The notes beneath the pieces are model-generated. The model ran no database searches. It was given only the letters and a program-made list of their open reading frames with translations, and had not been told where the DNA came from. Shown one piece after another: positions 23,871 through 36,000 of a stretch of DNA of 64,000 bases (positions are counted from its first letter, which is position 1; every line of letters starts with the position of its first letter). The stretch lies in the NCBI GenBank assembly GCA_034780895.1, contig JAUZTB010000062.1:26355347-26419346 (forward strand). Reading direction: 5' to 3'. The translations under genes were made by a program, and so were the position numbers. Origin of the DNA: Rhynchobatus australiae. Lineage: Eukaryota.

Positions 23871-26713
23871 GTTGACCCATCCCTTGTCCCCCCCACTCCG
23901 ATCCCCTCCATTATGCACATGGTATTCCCAGGAAATCCCCCATCCAAGTAGTAGCTTCTGACATCAGGCAAGATTGAGCATGTTACTCTCTTCCTCGAGT
24001 TGAAAATACTCCTACTGTGCCCTCACATAAATTATAATTCTATAGCCTTTGTCTCTGACACCCTCCTCACCTTCACTTGTCAGGAGGAACAACTGTTGGG
24101 TCTTTCATGATAAGAATTTTATTTCTGGTACCGTCCTTTGCTGCACCCTTTCCCCTTTATGGTATGATGACTGGAATTGAACTCAGTGCTCCATTCTGGT
24201 CCGACCAAGGCACATTGCAAGCTTGGCTTAAATTCGATTCTCTTATATCTGAGGTTGCAGTTCCGGGTGATGCTTATGAAAATAAACTTCCAAAGGAATC
24301 AGGAAATGAGCAAAGTAAATCATCAAGGTGATCCAAGAACAAACTGAATCATTTAATTGTAAGAACATTACAACTCACTAAAATAGGTAACTGGTGCCCT
24401 ACGTCATATTTTCCTTCAATAGCTGCTAATTTATCATTCTGCAAAATATTTTGAGTCCAGGAGAAATGAGAAATTGGCGACGAATCGATTAATTGCCCTG
24501 AGCATACGTGAGTAACCTGAAATGAACTGCATAACAAAGACAACAGTGCAGAATCAGGCAAGACTGATGACAACAATGTTGCCACTGNNNNNNNNNNNNN
24601 NNNNNNNNNNNNNNNNNNNNNNNNNNNNNNNNNNNNNNNNNNNNNNNNNNNNNNNNNNNNNNNNNNNNNNNNNNNNNNNNNNNNNNNGGTATATTGTGGA
24701 ATAATGCTTACTGGAGCCAAGTGTTTTATTTGGCTGCATGTGTGATTAATGTGACACATTGAAAGAAGTTTACTTGTTGGCATTTATAACTGTCAGAAAC
24801 TTGGGAGTTTTTGCTGACAAAGTCAAGCCATAATTACCCTACCATAAAGAGCCTGAATAAGTTTTCCTTCACTTTTGGAATCAGCACTCCTCTTGTAAAT
24901 CAGCACATGCAGTAGTAATTCTCCTCTGGTAAGTAGCATTTAACTGGTTATGTTAAATGCTGCTACACATTAGGAATGATTTTGTCATATATCACTACAC
25001 TGAGATGAGTAGAACATGCAAAAGGTGAAAGTGAGTATTTAAGGGTGCATTCAGTGAATTGATCATGAATAAGGAAGACTACATTTCAAGTTTCATTGCA
25101 TACTGATTCACTCACCATTTTCCCAGCTCCCAAAAAGGTTGACGCTCAATGCATCATGGGCACAATTGCTTGAGTTGTACAATAACAATATTGTTGGCAA
25201 TATATATGGGTGCATTTGCCTGATAGTTTACCTTTCTACATGACTCTTGGCTGAGAACATTCTTAGTAAATATAAGAAAATTGGGGCTAAAAATTCTATC
25301 TCTATGCATTTCGATGGTGGAGTTGGTAGATTTTGATTCTTCCTCCAGAAAGGAATTGGCATCATGAGCTTTGCTGAGGAAACAGAACTGAGCAGATAGA
25401 ATCTCTTGAGATTATTTTTAAAAATCTATTTTGACCACTCAATTTTCTTTCTTCCTCTTTTGTGCTAACCTAACTGAAAGGAGCCAGAGGAATAATAAAA
25501 AGCACCTGGAAACAGGGCTGGCTTGGGGGTAGCAGTGGAGGGTGCTGGTGGGACATGAAGGCAGGAAGTAGTGATGGGAGAGGGGAATGTCTCGATGTGC
25601 AATTTATTCAAAAACCGCAATAGTAATCAAGCAACCTCATTCCTCCAAGAGGCTAGGCTCATATTAAGAAGAATAGTTGACTCTTCCAGCTTAATTAGTA
25701 ACCAGGTTAGGCAGATGGAAAGTTATGAGCTTTGAGTTTTCATGCCAGGCCTTTGCTGATTTAGGTTACTTTGAAAAGTTGGTGCAGGTTTCTACTCTGA
25801 ATTGGATGAGGTAGAGAGTGAGGACACTAATGTAGTGGGAAAAAAATACCAGCCAGGCCTGTTGTTCTTGATTATTACTCACTGAATTACATTTACACAA
25901 ATACTGGGCAAGTGTATGGTCTGCCTCTGATGTCCTGATAGCCAAATAGTTTCCAACACCTGTGCCTGAAAAGTAGCCACTTAGGTGAAGTACCACAGAA
26001 TGCCTGTGCTATCGAACCATATATAAACAAAAAGAAAAATGACTACATCAAGAAGCAGAATGAATTGTCATCACCAGTGTAGTGCTATCCAAGCATTGGA
26101 ATCAACATCTTCAAGTGAAAGAGAAGAGGAAATGTGGATGGTAATGGACATTGAAGAATGCCACATTTTCATTGTTATGTTTCAACCATTTTGCCTGTGA
26201 TTTTTATTGCAGTATCTTCCTGGCACAAAATTCTTCAGATGAACTCTCCAAATATCATTCAAGTCAATGTGAAGGAATATAGATTTGGAAGTTGTATGAT
26301 GATCCAGTTGGTTTAAAGATTTTGCAGGAGAACATTGGAAATTGTAATCTCCAAAGTCATGCTGTTGCTTGGAATGGACTTTGTGAAACATCAGAATCTC
26401 AATGCTTCTCTCTGCAATCCATACAGAAAAAGCAATTTGACTTTCATTTCCCTAATGAGTCTTCAGTTTACACTTACTAAACTTCCTCATGCTCCCAGAT
26501 TAGTGGGGTATTTAAACTGTGTATTTAAAATGGTATCGTCATCTCTCAAGTGAGATGTACAGATTTGTAATAACTACACAGGACTAATTGGTAATCCCTG
26601 GAGCAATGGGAAAACGTACTGTCAACCCACAAAGGAATCTGAATGTTTCTAATAGATCATTCTTTTTTAAAAATGTGTATTTAAGAATGATAAATTTACT
26701 TTCTTCAAGTAAA

Positions 26714-26744
26714 ACTTACCTAACAGAGGAAAAAAGAATCAGTG
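26714..26744 (-). promoter_or_regulatory. Candidate recursive splice site (branch point, polypyrimidine tract, TAG|GTAAGT)
   Basis: Minus strand reads CACTGAT-TCTTTTTTCCTCTGT-TAG|GTAAGT; junction between 26720 and 26719; branch A about 20 nt upstream. Confidence 0.4.
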
Positions 26745-26902
26745 GCTTATATTCTGTGGAATAGTTTTTATATTTAGTGTCAGAATGATTTGTCAGACAT
26801 TGTTTTTAAGCTCCTAAAAATGCTCAGGAAAACTTTTTCAAATAAGCACAACTGTACTTTAATAAGTAGGAAGCCAATTAGATTTCTACCGTGAAAATTG
26901 GA

Positions 26903-27240
26903 GTCATGGAGAGAGAGAGCATTGAAACAGGTCCTTTGGCCCACGTAGTCTGCACTGACATTCAACCACCCATTTACACTAATCATACATTTATCCCACT
27001 TCTTATTCTTCCTACATTCTCATCAACTCCCTCCAGGTTCTACCACTCACCTACACACCAGGGGCATTTTACAGTGTCCAGTTAACCTACCAACCCACAT
27101 GTCTTTGGGATGTGGGAGGAAGCCAGAGCACCCAGAAGAATCACATAGTCACTGGCAAACTCCACACAGACAGCATCTGAGGTCAGAATTGAACCTGGGT
27201 GTCTGCTGCTGTGAGGCAGTGGCTCTACCAGCTGTGTCAC
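26903..27240 (-). mobile_element. V-SINE, near full length, CR1-type tail
   Basis: GAAACAGGTCCTTTGGCCCA tail; ATGTCTTTGGGATGTGGGAGGAAGCCAGAGCACCCAG; GAGGTCAGAATTGAACCTGGG; GTGAGGCAGTGGCTCTACCAGCTG. Confidence 0.85.
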
Positions 27241-27339
27241 TTTCACCTTGAACAGAATAATATTTAACTCTGGAAAGATCATGTGTTTGGCAATTATTAA
27301 CTTATCAGCAATTATACAATACATCTAAACTGCTCAGTC

Positions 27340-27555
27340 TTCTTCATCCTCTTCCTAGTTAGTCACTTGGGATCAAGGATGACCTCTTCCATTCCAGATC
27401 TAAGGAATGGAAGATGCCTGTACGTGAATTCTTTAATTCTGAGGTGGCTATGCATACAGGCTACCAAACTAATGTGCAACAGCAAGGTCTCAGCCCAATG
27501 TCAAGGAGATCCAATGCAATAAGAGAACAAGCCTAGCTGCATAAACCTTGCCTAC
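27340..27555 (-). mobile_element. Probable RTE-related short element
   Basis: GGGATCAAGGATGACCTCTTCCA resembles the reverse complement of the RTE 3' end seen at ~10865-10890. Confidence 0.4.
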
Positions 27556-29903
27556 AGCCTTTTCCTCAGCCTCTCACCCAGTTTCCTCCCTCCTTCAGTT
27601 GGTACTCTCTCAGGCTCCCTACCTCTCTGCCCTTCCCCTAATTGCTTCACTCAGTCTACCTGCCTTCATCCCATTCCCTCTCAACTCTTTGCCCTTTCGC
27701 AATTCCTTTCATTCTTGATACCTGCACTCCCCCATGACCGGCCACCCCTATCTCCCCCTACTCTCCACTGTCATCACCCATCACAACAGTGAAGCTGCCC
27801 AGCTGCTACTGCTTCCCACTCTCTTCATGGCTGCTAGTCTATTGACCATCACCTCCTCCTCTACATTCCCAGTATATATATGGCCCTAATCCTGCAGTGG
27901 GCCCAGAACCTCCAGACCTCTTCCAGAAAATCTTTGGAGAACCTTCTGCCCGATGTATCAGATCGCAGTCTCCTGGTGTTTGGCTGGTAGGTTGGTGGGT
28001 TTCAATGAGCAGCTTGGAGGCACACGGACCCACTGTCTGCTGTGCTCTTATGTCTTGGCAATCAGGCTGAATGAAGCCTTCAAAATGACTTATTTGATGT
28101 ATGTTGAATTCCCATCCAAAGCTATTTAGTTTGTGTCATGGTAAAGTTTTGCACTACTGCTTGGTTCCTTTTAGAGAGGATATTTAGATGTATGAAGAAC
28201 TGACTAATTCTTACATGCTAAATAGACTTTCCATCTTGTTTTCTGTGGCTAAATTCCAACAGGTTAAAACCACATCTCAGCAGATGGTATCTTCCCATTA
28301 AGTAGAAATGACAAAGCAAAGCATGTTCTTCAGGATTGGTGGAGCTATATTATGATAAGGTGAATAGGAATTAAGGGTGCAAAGAGGCAAGCCTCAATAT
28401 ACAATGTGTAAATGGTTACTGGTACATATTAATTATCAGAAGGAGCCATGATATTTGTTTGCTTGATGTTTCTTAATAAGGCTGATAGAACATGTGGCCC
28501 CATGACACACATTGGCAGGTGAAGGTGGAGGGTATTCTTGTTGGTTATTTTCTCACATTTTTTTAAATGGGCTCATTTTCCTTTTGAATGAACGTTCCTC
28601 AGATCACTGGGAAGAATACAGAAATAATGAATGTTCTTCCAGGCCTCGTTAATTCCCCCATTTAACCAATTAGATTACCTAAACTCATGCTTCTCATCAG
28701 TTTCCCGTGACCAGAGCAACATAATTGATGGCCCAACAACATTTGAATTCTGCAGTTTAGAGTTTGTCCCTTATGACTGGATGAGATTTTTAGGAAGATC
28801 CCCAGTTTATTACTCAGGAAATAGCAAAAAAAAACTGGGGAAAACGCACACATTTTAACCGATACCAACTGAAATGAGCATTCCCTTTCAAATATTTCAC
28901 TCCTTAATTACAGCGACTGCTACTCTACTGTTTTATCTTCCATGAATAGCATTTTATTTTCCAAAAATTATCGATTTCTGCCTTCTTTATTCTTAGTGCT
29001 TATTTAATGCAACAACAGCCTGTTCCTCTCTAAATTCATCCATTTCCATTCGAAACATTGATTTGGCTCATGTTAAATTGCACCATGCTGGTTTAAAAAG
29101 AACCATGTTAGCAACCCTACTCCCCAACCTTGCACACCTCCTGTCTGCAGTAGTGAGAGGTCTGTGTGATAAGAAAAGACTAAAACCTGAGCCACATCCC
29201 ATTCTGCTTCTGCAGCACCAAATAACAAAAGGCAGCTTTCTCAGCACATCTTTGTCACCTTGGTAACAGTGACTGTGTCATGGAAAAGAAAGAGTTAACT
29301 CATTTTGTGACTAGAATTCCAGTGCCTCCTCAGATCTAATCCTGGAATTGCCTGAGGCTCAAAAACCTTTTTTTAATTCTATTTACAGCTTTAATATTTT
29401 ATCAGCTCTGTTAAAAATGGAGGCAGGAGCCTAAGCTCTTGAGCCTCTGCAGGGTAAAGGTCAGCTGCTTCTTCCTCTTTACTTGATTTCCTTAGAATAG
29501 ATTCAGGTTAGTCCCGGATTCTCCGATAACTGAAGCGATGATGCTCTATATGAAGGATGATATTACTCAAGATTAAGTGAGGAATCAAAAGCAGCAGGTG
29601 AATAAAATGCAACCCACAATGTCTGGAAGTTGGAGCACTCAAACACCCTTTATTTGTGTGTAAAGCACACACAATATCCAACTTGTGCAAGTCTGGACCA
29701 GCCACACCCATTGTGAAAATGGACTGGGAACCACCTGTACTGAATCACTTTCTCACAGTTGACGTTTCTCCAACATCACTCACGCATGTAATGATGTCAT
29801 CAGCATGCACGATGATCATTTCTGCCTTGTTGACAGAAATGTGCAATCCACAATCTTTGTCTTTAATTCACGTTAAAGCAACTCAGCATCAATACATGAA
29901 CTA

Positions 29904-30096
29904 GAAACAATCTGTGGGAGGAACTCAATGGGTTGAGCAACATTTGTGGGAGGAAAGGAATTGTCAACATTTTGGGTCGAAACCCTGCATCAAAACTCAA
30001 ACGCAAAACGTCAGCAATTCCTTTCCTCCCATAGATACTGCTTGACCCGCTGAGCTTCTCCAGCAGATTGTTGGTTGCTGCAGATTGCAGCATCTG
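29904..30096. mobile_element. Short element made of two inverted Penelope-like terminal repeats, with apparent TSD CATGAACTA
   Basis: GTGGGAGGAAAGGAATTGTCAACATTTTG pairs with CAAAACGTCAGCAATTCCTTTCCTCCCAT; CATGAACTA at 29895-29903 and 30097-30105. Confidence 0.75.
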
Positions 30097-33000
30097 CATG
30101 AACTAAATGGTCCTCATTGAGACACTGTAGTCTTGACCATAACACCTGCCACTGTTATTTTATGTGCTTCAGTAGACAGGCATCGCTGACAAAGATCACA
30201 ACATCTGTGTATACACCTCAGCGCAAGGTGCTGTAATTCTGGACCCTTGAAGATTCTGTGCCTCGGAATGGCATGGGGCTATTCAAGGCATAGGGCCCAT
30301 CAGAGCAGACCATCATATATAGTGACTGGTGGGTTGGTGCCACGGATTCCAGAATTCCATGCCGTGCCTCTGCCCCCACCATTATCCTCACCTCCATGGC
30401 AGTCTTTCTGCCACTGTATTATGGCTGCCATAGATAGTGGAATTCAAAAACGTGACTGTTTTACCAGGGTTTAGAGCTCTGTGGGCAACTGCAGGCAGCA
30501 TGTTACTGATGGAAAAAGATAAAATGACCCAAAGAATTTTTCAACCAGATTTCCACCAGTCTAATGAATTTTGGGAGTCACCAGATTAGGTAGTAATTTT
30601 TAGTGCACCAATGGTGCTATCCAATTTCTAGGCATTATATTTGAGCCACCATTTAAAGAAAATTTCTAATTCTATTCTGAGTTGTTTTCCTCTCTGTTTG
30701 AAAGGTTTCATATTTTTACTTCATGATTTTGTCTTTTCCCAGATCCACAGAAAAACACAATTTCCTGCTCCCAGCTCTGTATATGTTTCTTGGATATAGG
30801 CTGCCAAATGATGCTGGATGCAGTCTGCCCGTCACCTTTCCCCTCTCCTGTTCCCTCTCCTCTTCACCCAGCCCTACACTGCCCATCATATCACCCCCAC
30901 CCCAGGGAAATTTTTCCTCCTTTTTGCACATCTATGACTGGCATATCCCGTTTGATGACACAGCTACGATCCGGTATTCTCTTTGCAGGTTATTTCAGGT
31001 GCAGACTGAAACTCGACCAAACCTCATGCAATTATAATGAGATCAATTGAAAAGTAAAAATTGATCCAGCTTTTATTCTTCCCATTTCTAGGTATCAGTT
31101 TTCAAATCTAATCTACTGGATTAGAATTGATGGCTAATGGAAACTGTGTTCTCATGGAGATGGATGAAAACAAACCCATCTCCCAAAATGAATCATTTTT
31201 ATTATTTGAGCCTCCTGCCCATTTTTGTGTAGCCAATGTAATCCACAAATATAGATAATCAACAGAAGTTGAATAGTTTATATTTCTGCAGTAAATCAAC
31301 GAAAGTGTCTCCTGAACCCATTTAAAAAGATTTGAAGAATCAGGATTACCTCACTGTTTTTAAGATCGATTTCTCCCCTGCGCTGACATCTTGCTGAAGT
31401 ACGACTCCATAGACCCTCAGCTCCACCTCCCCCCCTCCCTCCAAAACCTCCTCAAAATTGTGATCCTTCATGTGAGTGAACATAGGCTGTTTGTCTACAG
31501 AAGGATCTCGACACTGGAACCTGACCCAGATCTCACCTTTGATTCATATTTGGAAGAGGAGATGGTACTGGAGTAGAGATGGGTTGTTGGGGCTAAATAG
31601 TTGTGAGTAATTCCGTAATGTGGAACTCCATCAGATTCCTCCTCCTTGAACCAGAAGCACTGCTGCTAACCCCCTTCCCTTTGCAACCAGGATCAATCCA
31701 AAACCTTGGCAACTTGTACTTTTATTTGTTTCCTCTTTTGTGAGATGTGGCCATTGCTGGCACGACCAGTATTTTATTGCTGCTCTACTTACCTTTCCGA
31801 AGGTGATGGTAAGTTGCCTTCCTAAACTGCTGTAGTCCCACCTTCCTCTGAAATAGGGAGCTCCACCATTTTGGATGAATGAAAATGAAGGAATGCTGAT
31901 TTTTGCCTAACTTAGGATTGAGTGTGACTGGGATTCATGTTTTTTTAAGTTTAGATGTTCACTGAAAAACCCAGCTGCAACCATTAAGGACTCTGTATTT
32001 TCTCTGTCCATTATTTCGATTTTAAACATTTTGCATTAATGGCAAATAATAATATTTATGATATAAGGATGATTATATTAATTTTAATATTAATGGGCAC
32101 TAGTTTTACAAAATTATTTTTATTGTTGATTAAGAAGCACTATAAAAGAGTGGAGTATACTTGCTTTCACATTGATTGATGTGAGGTTATGATAGTTAGG
32201 GCATACAGTTCATTGTTGCATATCTTAGTATTAAGTCAGATTCAGTTGAAAGAGATGGAGAGGCAATGGGCTAAGCACAGAGCTAAAACAGTCCAATCTT
32301 AAGACAAGTGAGCCAATTGTCTGAAAATAAAAAAATTGTCAAAAAATTGCCAACATTAGAAATTGGAAAATAAAATTGAAATCGGTGTCTTTGGAAACAG
32401 CAGCCCTTTGTCAGAAGTAAACACAACTTGGACACGTAACTAGAATCCACACAATAGGGAAGATTGTCAGAATGAAATGTTCGTGGATTAGGCTACAGTT
32501 TGACTGAGGTGATTGTTATATCTGATAACAGAATAACAGAAAGAAGCACCAAAGAGGTTAAGGACAGGGGAGGAAAAGGAATTGTTGCCTTAACTGAGGC
32601 AACAAATGCCACGAGGAAAGAAAAGGATCAGGTCTGAAATTCAAGCAGGAGAAGGTGGAAAGAACTGGACATGGGTGCTGGGATGGAGAGAAGACAGCAG
32701 TTACTCTGCTGGTGTCATGTTCCAATGAAGGGGTTTCACCTCAAGCAACTTTTCACCTCCTCTCACCCCAAAAGCTGCCAACCCTAACCCTTCAAGCAGC
32801 TGCTAAATGTTGCGAAGCAGATGGCAGTTTACAAATGAAAGGAAGCGCTGTCCTCATTATTAATATTTTTACAACACATAACTCAAGAGAGGTGTTGACA
32901 AAAGAAAAAAAAATCACCTCCCCATGCTCCCAGCACAGAATTTAGATTAGCATTACAAGACAGAGATACGTTAGCATGTCTGTAGACACTGGAGGGTATA

Positions 33001-36000
33001 ATAACATTGCTTGGTAATAAAATAGCATCAATTTGCCAACAGTGTTTGATGTGACAAATGACTTTTTACTGTCGAAAATATGAAAATTGCATTGAAAGTG
33101 CCTACTTTTCAATATGACCCATCTGTGGCATTGCCAATTTGCAGAGAAATGTGTTAAATGTCACTTTCCGAACATATTATCAGAGTTAGCCATTTTCAGA
33201 ACTCAACTGACCAAAAGATTCAAGACATTTCAGGCCCCAGGTGTTAAGACCTCCAAAGATAAAAGTATTAGTTTTAAAATGAGTTATTGTAGGGAGTTAT
33301 ATTTCCACAAGGAATTAACAATTTTCAGAGTCATGATCAGAAGTCATCAATATGCTTTGGATAATCAGAACAATCACATTCAAAGGAAACAATTTTTTTC
33401 TATTTCTTTTATACATTTTATACATAATGTACAATTCCTGAGACCTGGGGGAGTGCTGCTGATCTCAAATGATTCTTTTGGCAGTGGGACAAAGGGCACT
33501 ATTTTGATTCTCCCAGTAGTCAGTCTTTACCAGTCAATATAAGATAGGTTCATACTGAAAAGATGGATTTTTTTTCCACATTCCTCACTCAGTGTTTTCC
33601 CCCTGGATTCCAGGGCAGGCCTTACACGGAGCTAGGGAATGGTTAAATGCATCACCACTTAATCTTGACCCTTAACTCTGACTCAAGAACAGAACTCTCA
33701 CAACATTCATGATCACATTGCAAAACAAATACTCTGATATTTCCACAAATTCAATTTCTACCTGAGAGTGCCCTCATCCACAAACGAATTCTGGTTAAGG
33801 AAGATCCAATAACTCCACAGATTATTAGTTCATCCTCAAACCACAAGTCTATTGTTATTTAATTATTTGTTTTGGATGACATTGGTGACCGAGAGTGAAA
33901 GTATCAAAATGAGATTTTGTTTAAAATGTACCAAAATCCACTTCTGGTTTTATCTTATTAACTAGTAGTATCGATTCCTCAATGGTTATTTGTCTTTTAT
34001 GAATATTGCACTGAAATTTCCACTAATAGGAAATTGTTTTGCACAAAAATTCCAGCATTTACCTCAGTAATGTGGCAAACTTTGGACTCCCATGCAAACA
34101 TGCACAAATGTGGATGTTCAAAACTTCTGCATTGGTGTTTGCCATTGCAAGACTATTGTATTCTGATAGTGCAGTGGAGTGCATATTGGCATCGTTTCCC
34201 AATACTTCCTCAGTCCCTCCTAGGGCTGTGGAAGCAGCATCTTTGAAGCTGAGGCAGAGAGATACTTACTGAAGAAGAGAGTGAAATGTTACTGCGATTA
34301 AGCAGGAAGTTACATTGAAGTTGAAGTTACAATCAGATCTTATTAAAAGATGGACCAGACTCAGTGGGCTGAGTTGCCTACTCCTTGCTCCTAATTCTAA
34401 TGCTCCTATGTACTTATGCTGAGATTTCTGCCCATTCATAATTTTGTTTTGAATTAAGTAAATTTAAAATAGTGTCTGAATGTTTAAGTGTCAGAGACAC
34501 TCATAAATTTTAAGTTGTTTGGTATCTTTGACAGCTGGTTAAGCTGAGTATCAAAGCACTTCTGTAGGATTTACAGTGGGAGGGCTGCTTCATCAGGTCA
34601 GATCTAACTCCTTAAGGAAACCACCACAGGATTGTCTATAAGTGCACGTTTAATAAGGAGGTGACCAGTGAGTGCAAGTGATGACCTGCTCCAAGAAATT
34701 CAAACCAACATTACAGGAAGCGTAAAGGGGCCAGAATGAAATTTAAACATCATATAGAACAGACTCAGCTAATCTAGAAGAAAGAAGGAATATATGGTAT
34801 AAATATTTTGGTGAGTTTATGTTCCATTCTCCACTAATAAAATTACCTCTCATCCAACTCCACCCACTTCCAACTCTTTATCTGTATTTCTGGTGTTTTA
34901 TCAACTAAAGAATGCAGATAATATTGAGCAGTTGTAAAATTGTTCTTATCCAACGCTTCAGGTGGTGGTTAAAGGGCAATCAGTACTTGCCTTCAACTTT
35001 TGATATTGCTCGAATCTCCTTAATTGGTCGATTTTCTTATTATTGCTTATAGATGTACAGTTTCCCTTTCATTGAACCAGCAGATGTTGATTACATTACA
35101 AAACAACTCGAAATAGGAAAGTGCATGCTGCGCATGATTCACTTGAGAAAACCTTATTTGATCTATTACTTTAGCTGTATCTTTGATGTTGGCTATGGAT
35201 TCTAGTTTAGCAGCCTGAGGTTGAAATACGTAAATCTCCATACCAAGCTTGAGAAACAGATCACATAAAAGTACTGGCAGTTTAGCCACAGAAATCCACA
35301 ACGTAATGCAGCTTGATAGCTAGGTCACAGAGGGTTAGGAAGAGGGTTGCAGCTGAAAGAGTATTTGTAACATTTAGGTTGATGACTCATAGTATATTCA
35401 TACTACTTAGGTTTAGTGTTGATATTAAGTGTTGAACTGCAAGAAGAGAAGCTGTCTTCTCCATATATCATGTTCCCCAGTCCAATGTTAGGATGAAGGA
35501 ATTTGAGATATGATACTGTACTCTGTATGATTTTACACTATTGACACTAAATCAGTCTGCTACTTTCCAACACTGCAATAATGGTGAGAAGAGGATTTCC
35601 TTTACCTGCTACTGTTTATTCTAATTCTGCGATGATACCTCATTCAAGGGTTGTTAGAAGTTAGTAGATGTTGGCAAATTAAAACTGATGTCATCTCTCT
35701 GCTGTATTTGAATTAAATGGATAGGAACTAAATTTTCAAATTCAACAGAATATAATCTCTAGGATTTTCTAAATATTCTCATGTCTTTTATTCTAGTGGA
35801 TTAATTTCTTAATCACCCCTCTGTCTTCATTTCCAATTCTCTTCCAGACATTGTATCCCTCCTAATATGTTAAATCATCTTCCTCAATGTCTACTGTACA
35901 TTCTCAGTATTGGCTGTTGTTTGCATCTAGAAACCAAAAGACTGAATTAAACTCAGACATTGCCAAATCACTGTTTTCAGTGTATTTTTTATATTGCAAA

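Noticed and set aside
26213-26316. Possible + strand terminal exon after TTTTTATTGCAG (SSWHKILQMNSPNIIQVNVKEYRFGSCMMIQLV*)
   Set aside because: No recognisable homology and no partner exons
32781-32791. ACCCTAACCCT telomere-like motif
   Set aside because: Under two units; expected by chance
33114-33542. 142-aa ORF (also the 144-aa ORF at 62185-62619)
   Set aside because: No recognisable domain or convincing splice context; this length is plausible by chance in 64 kb
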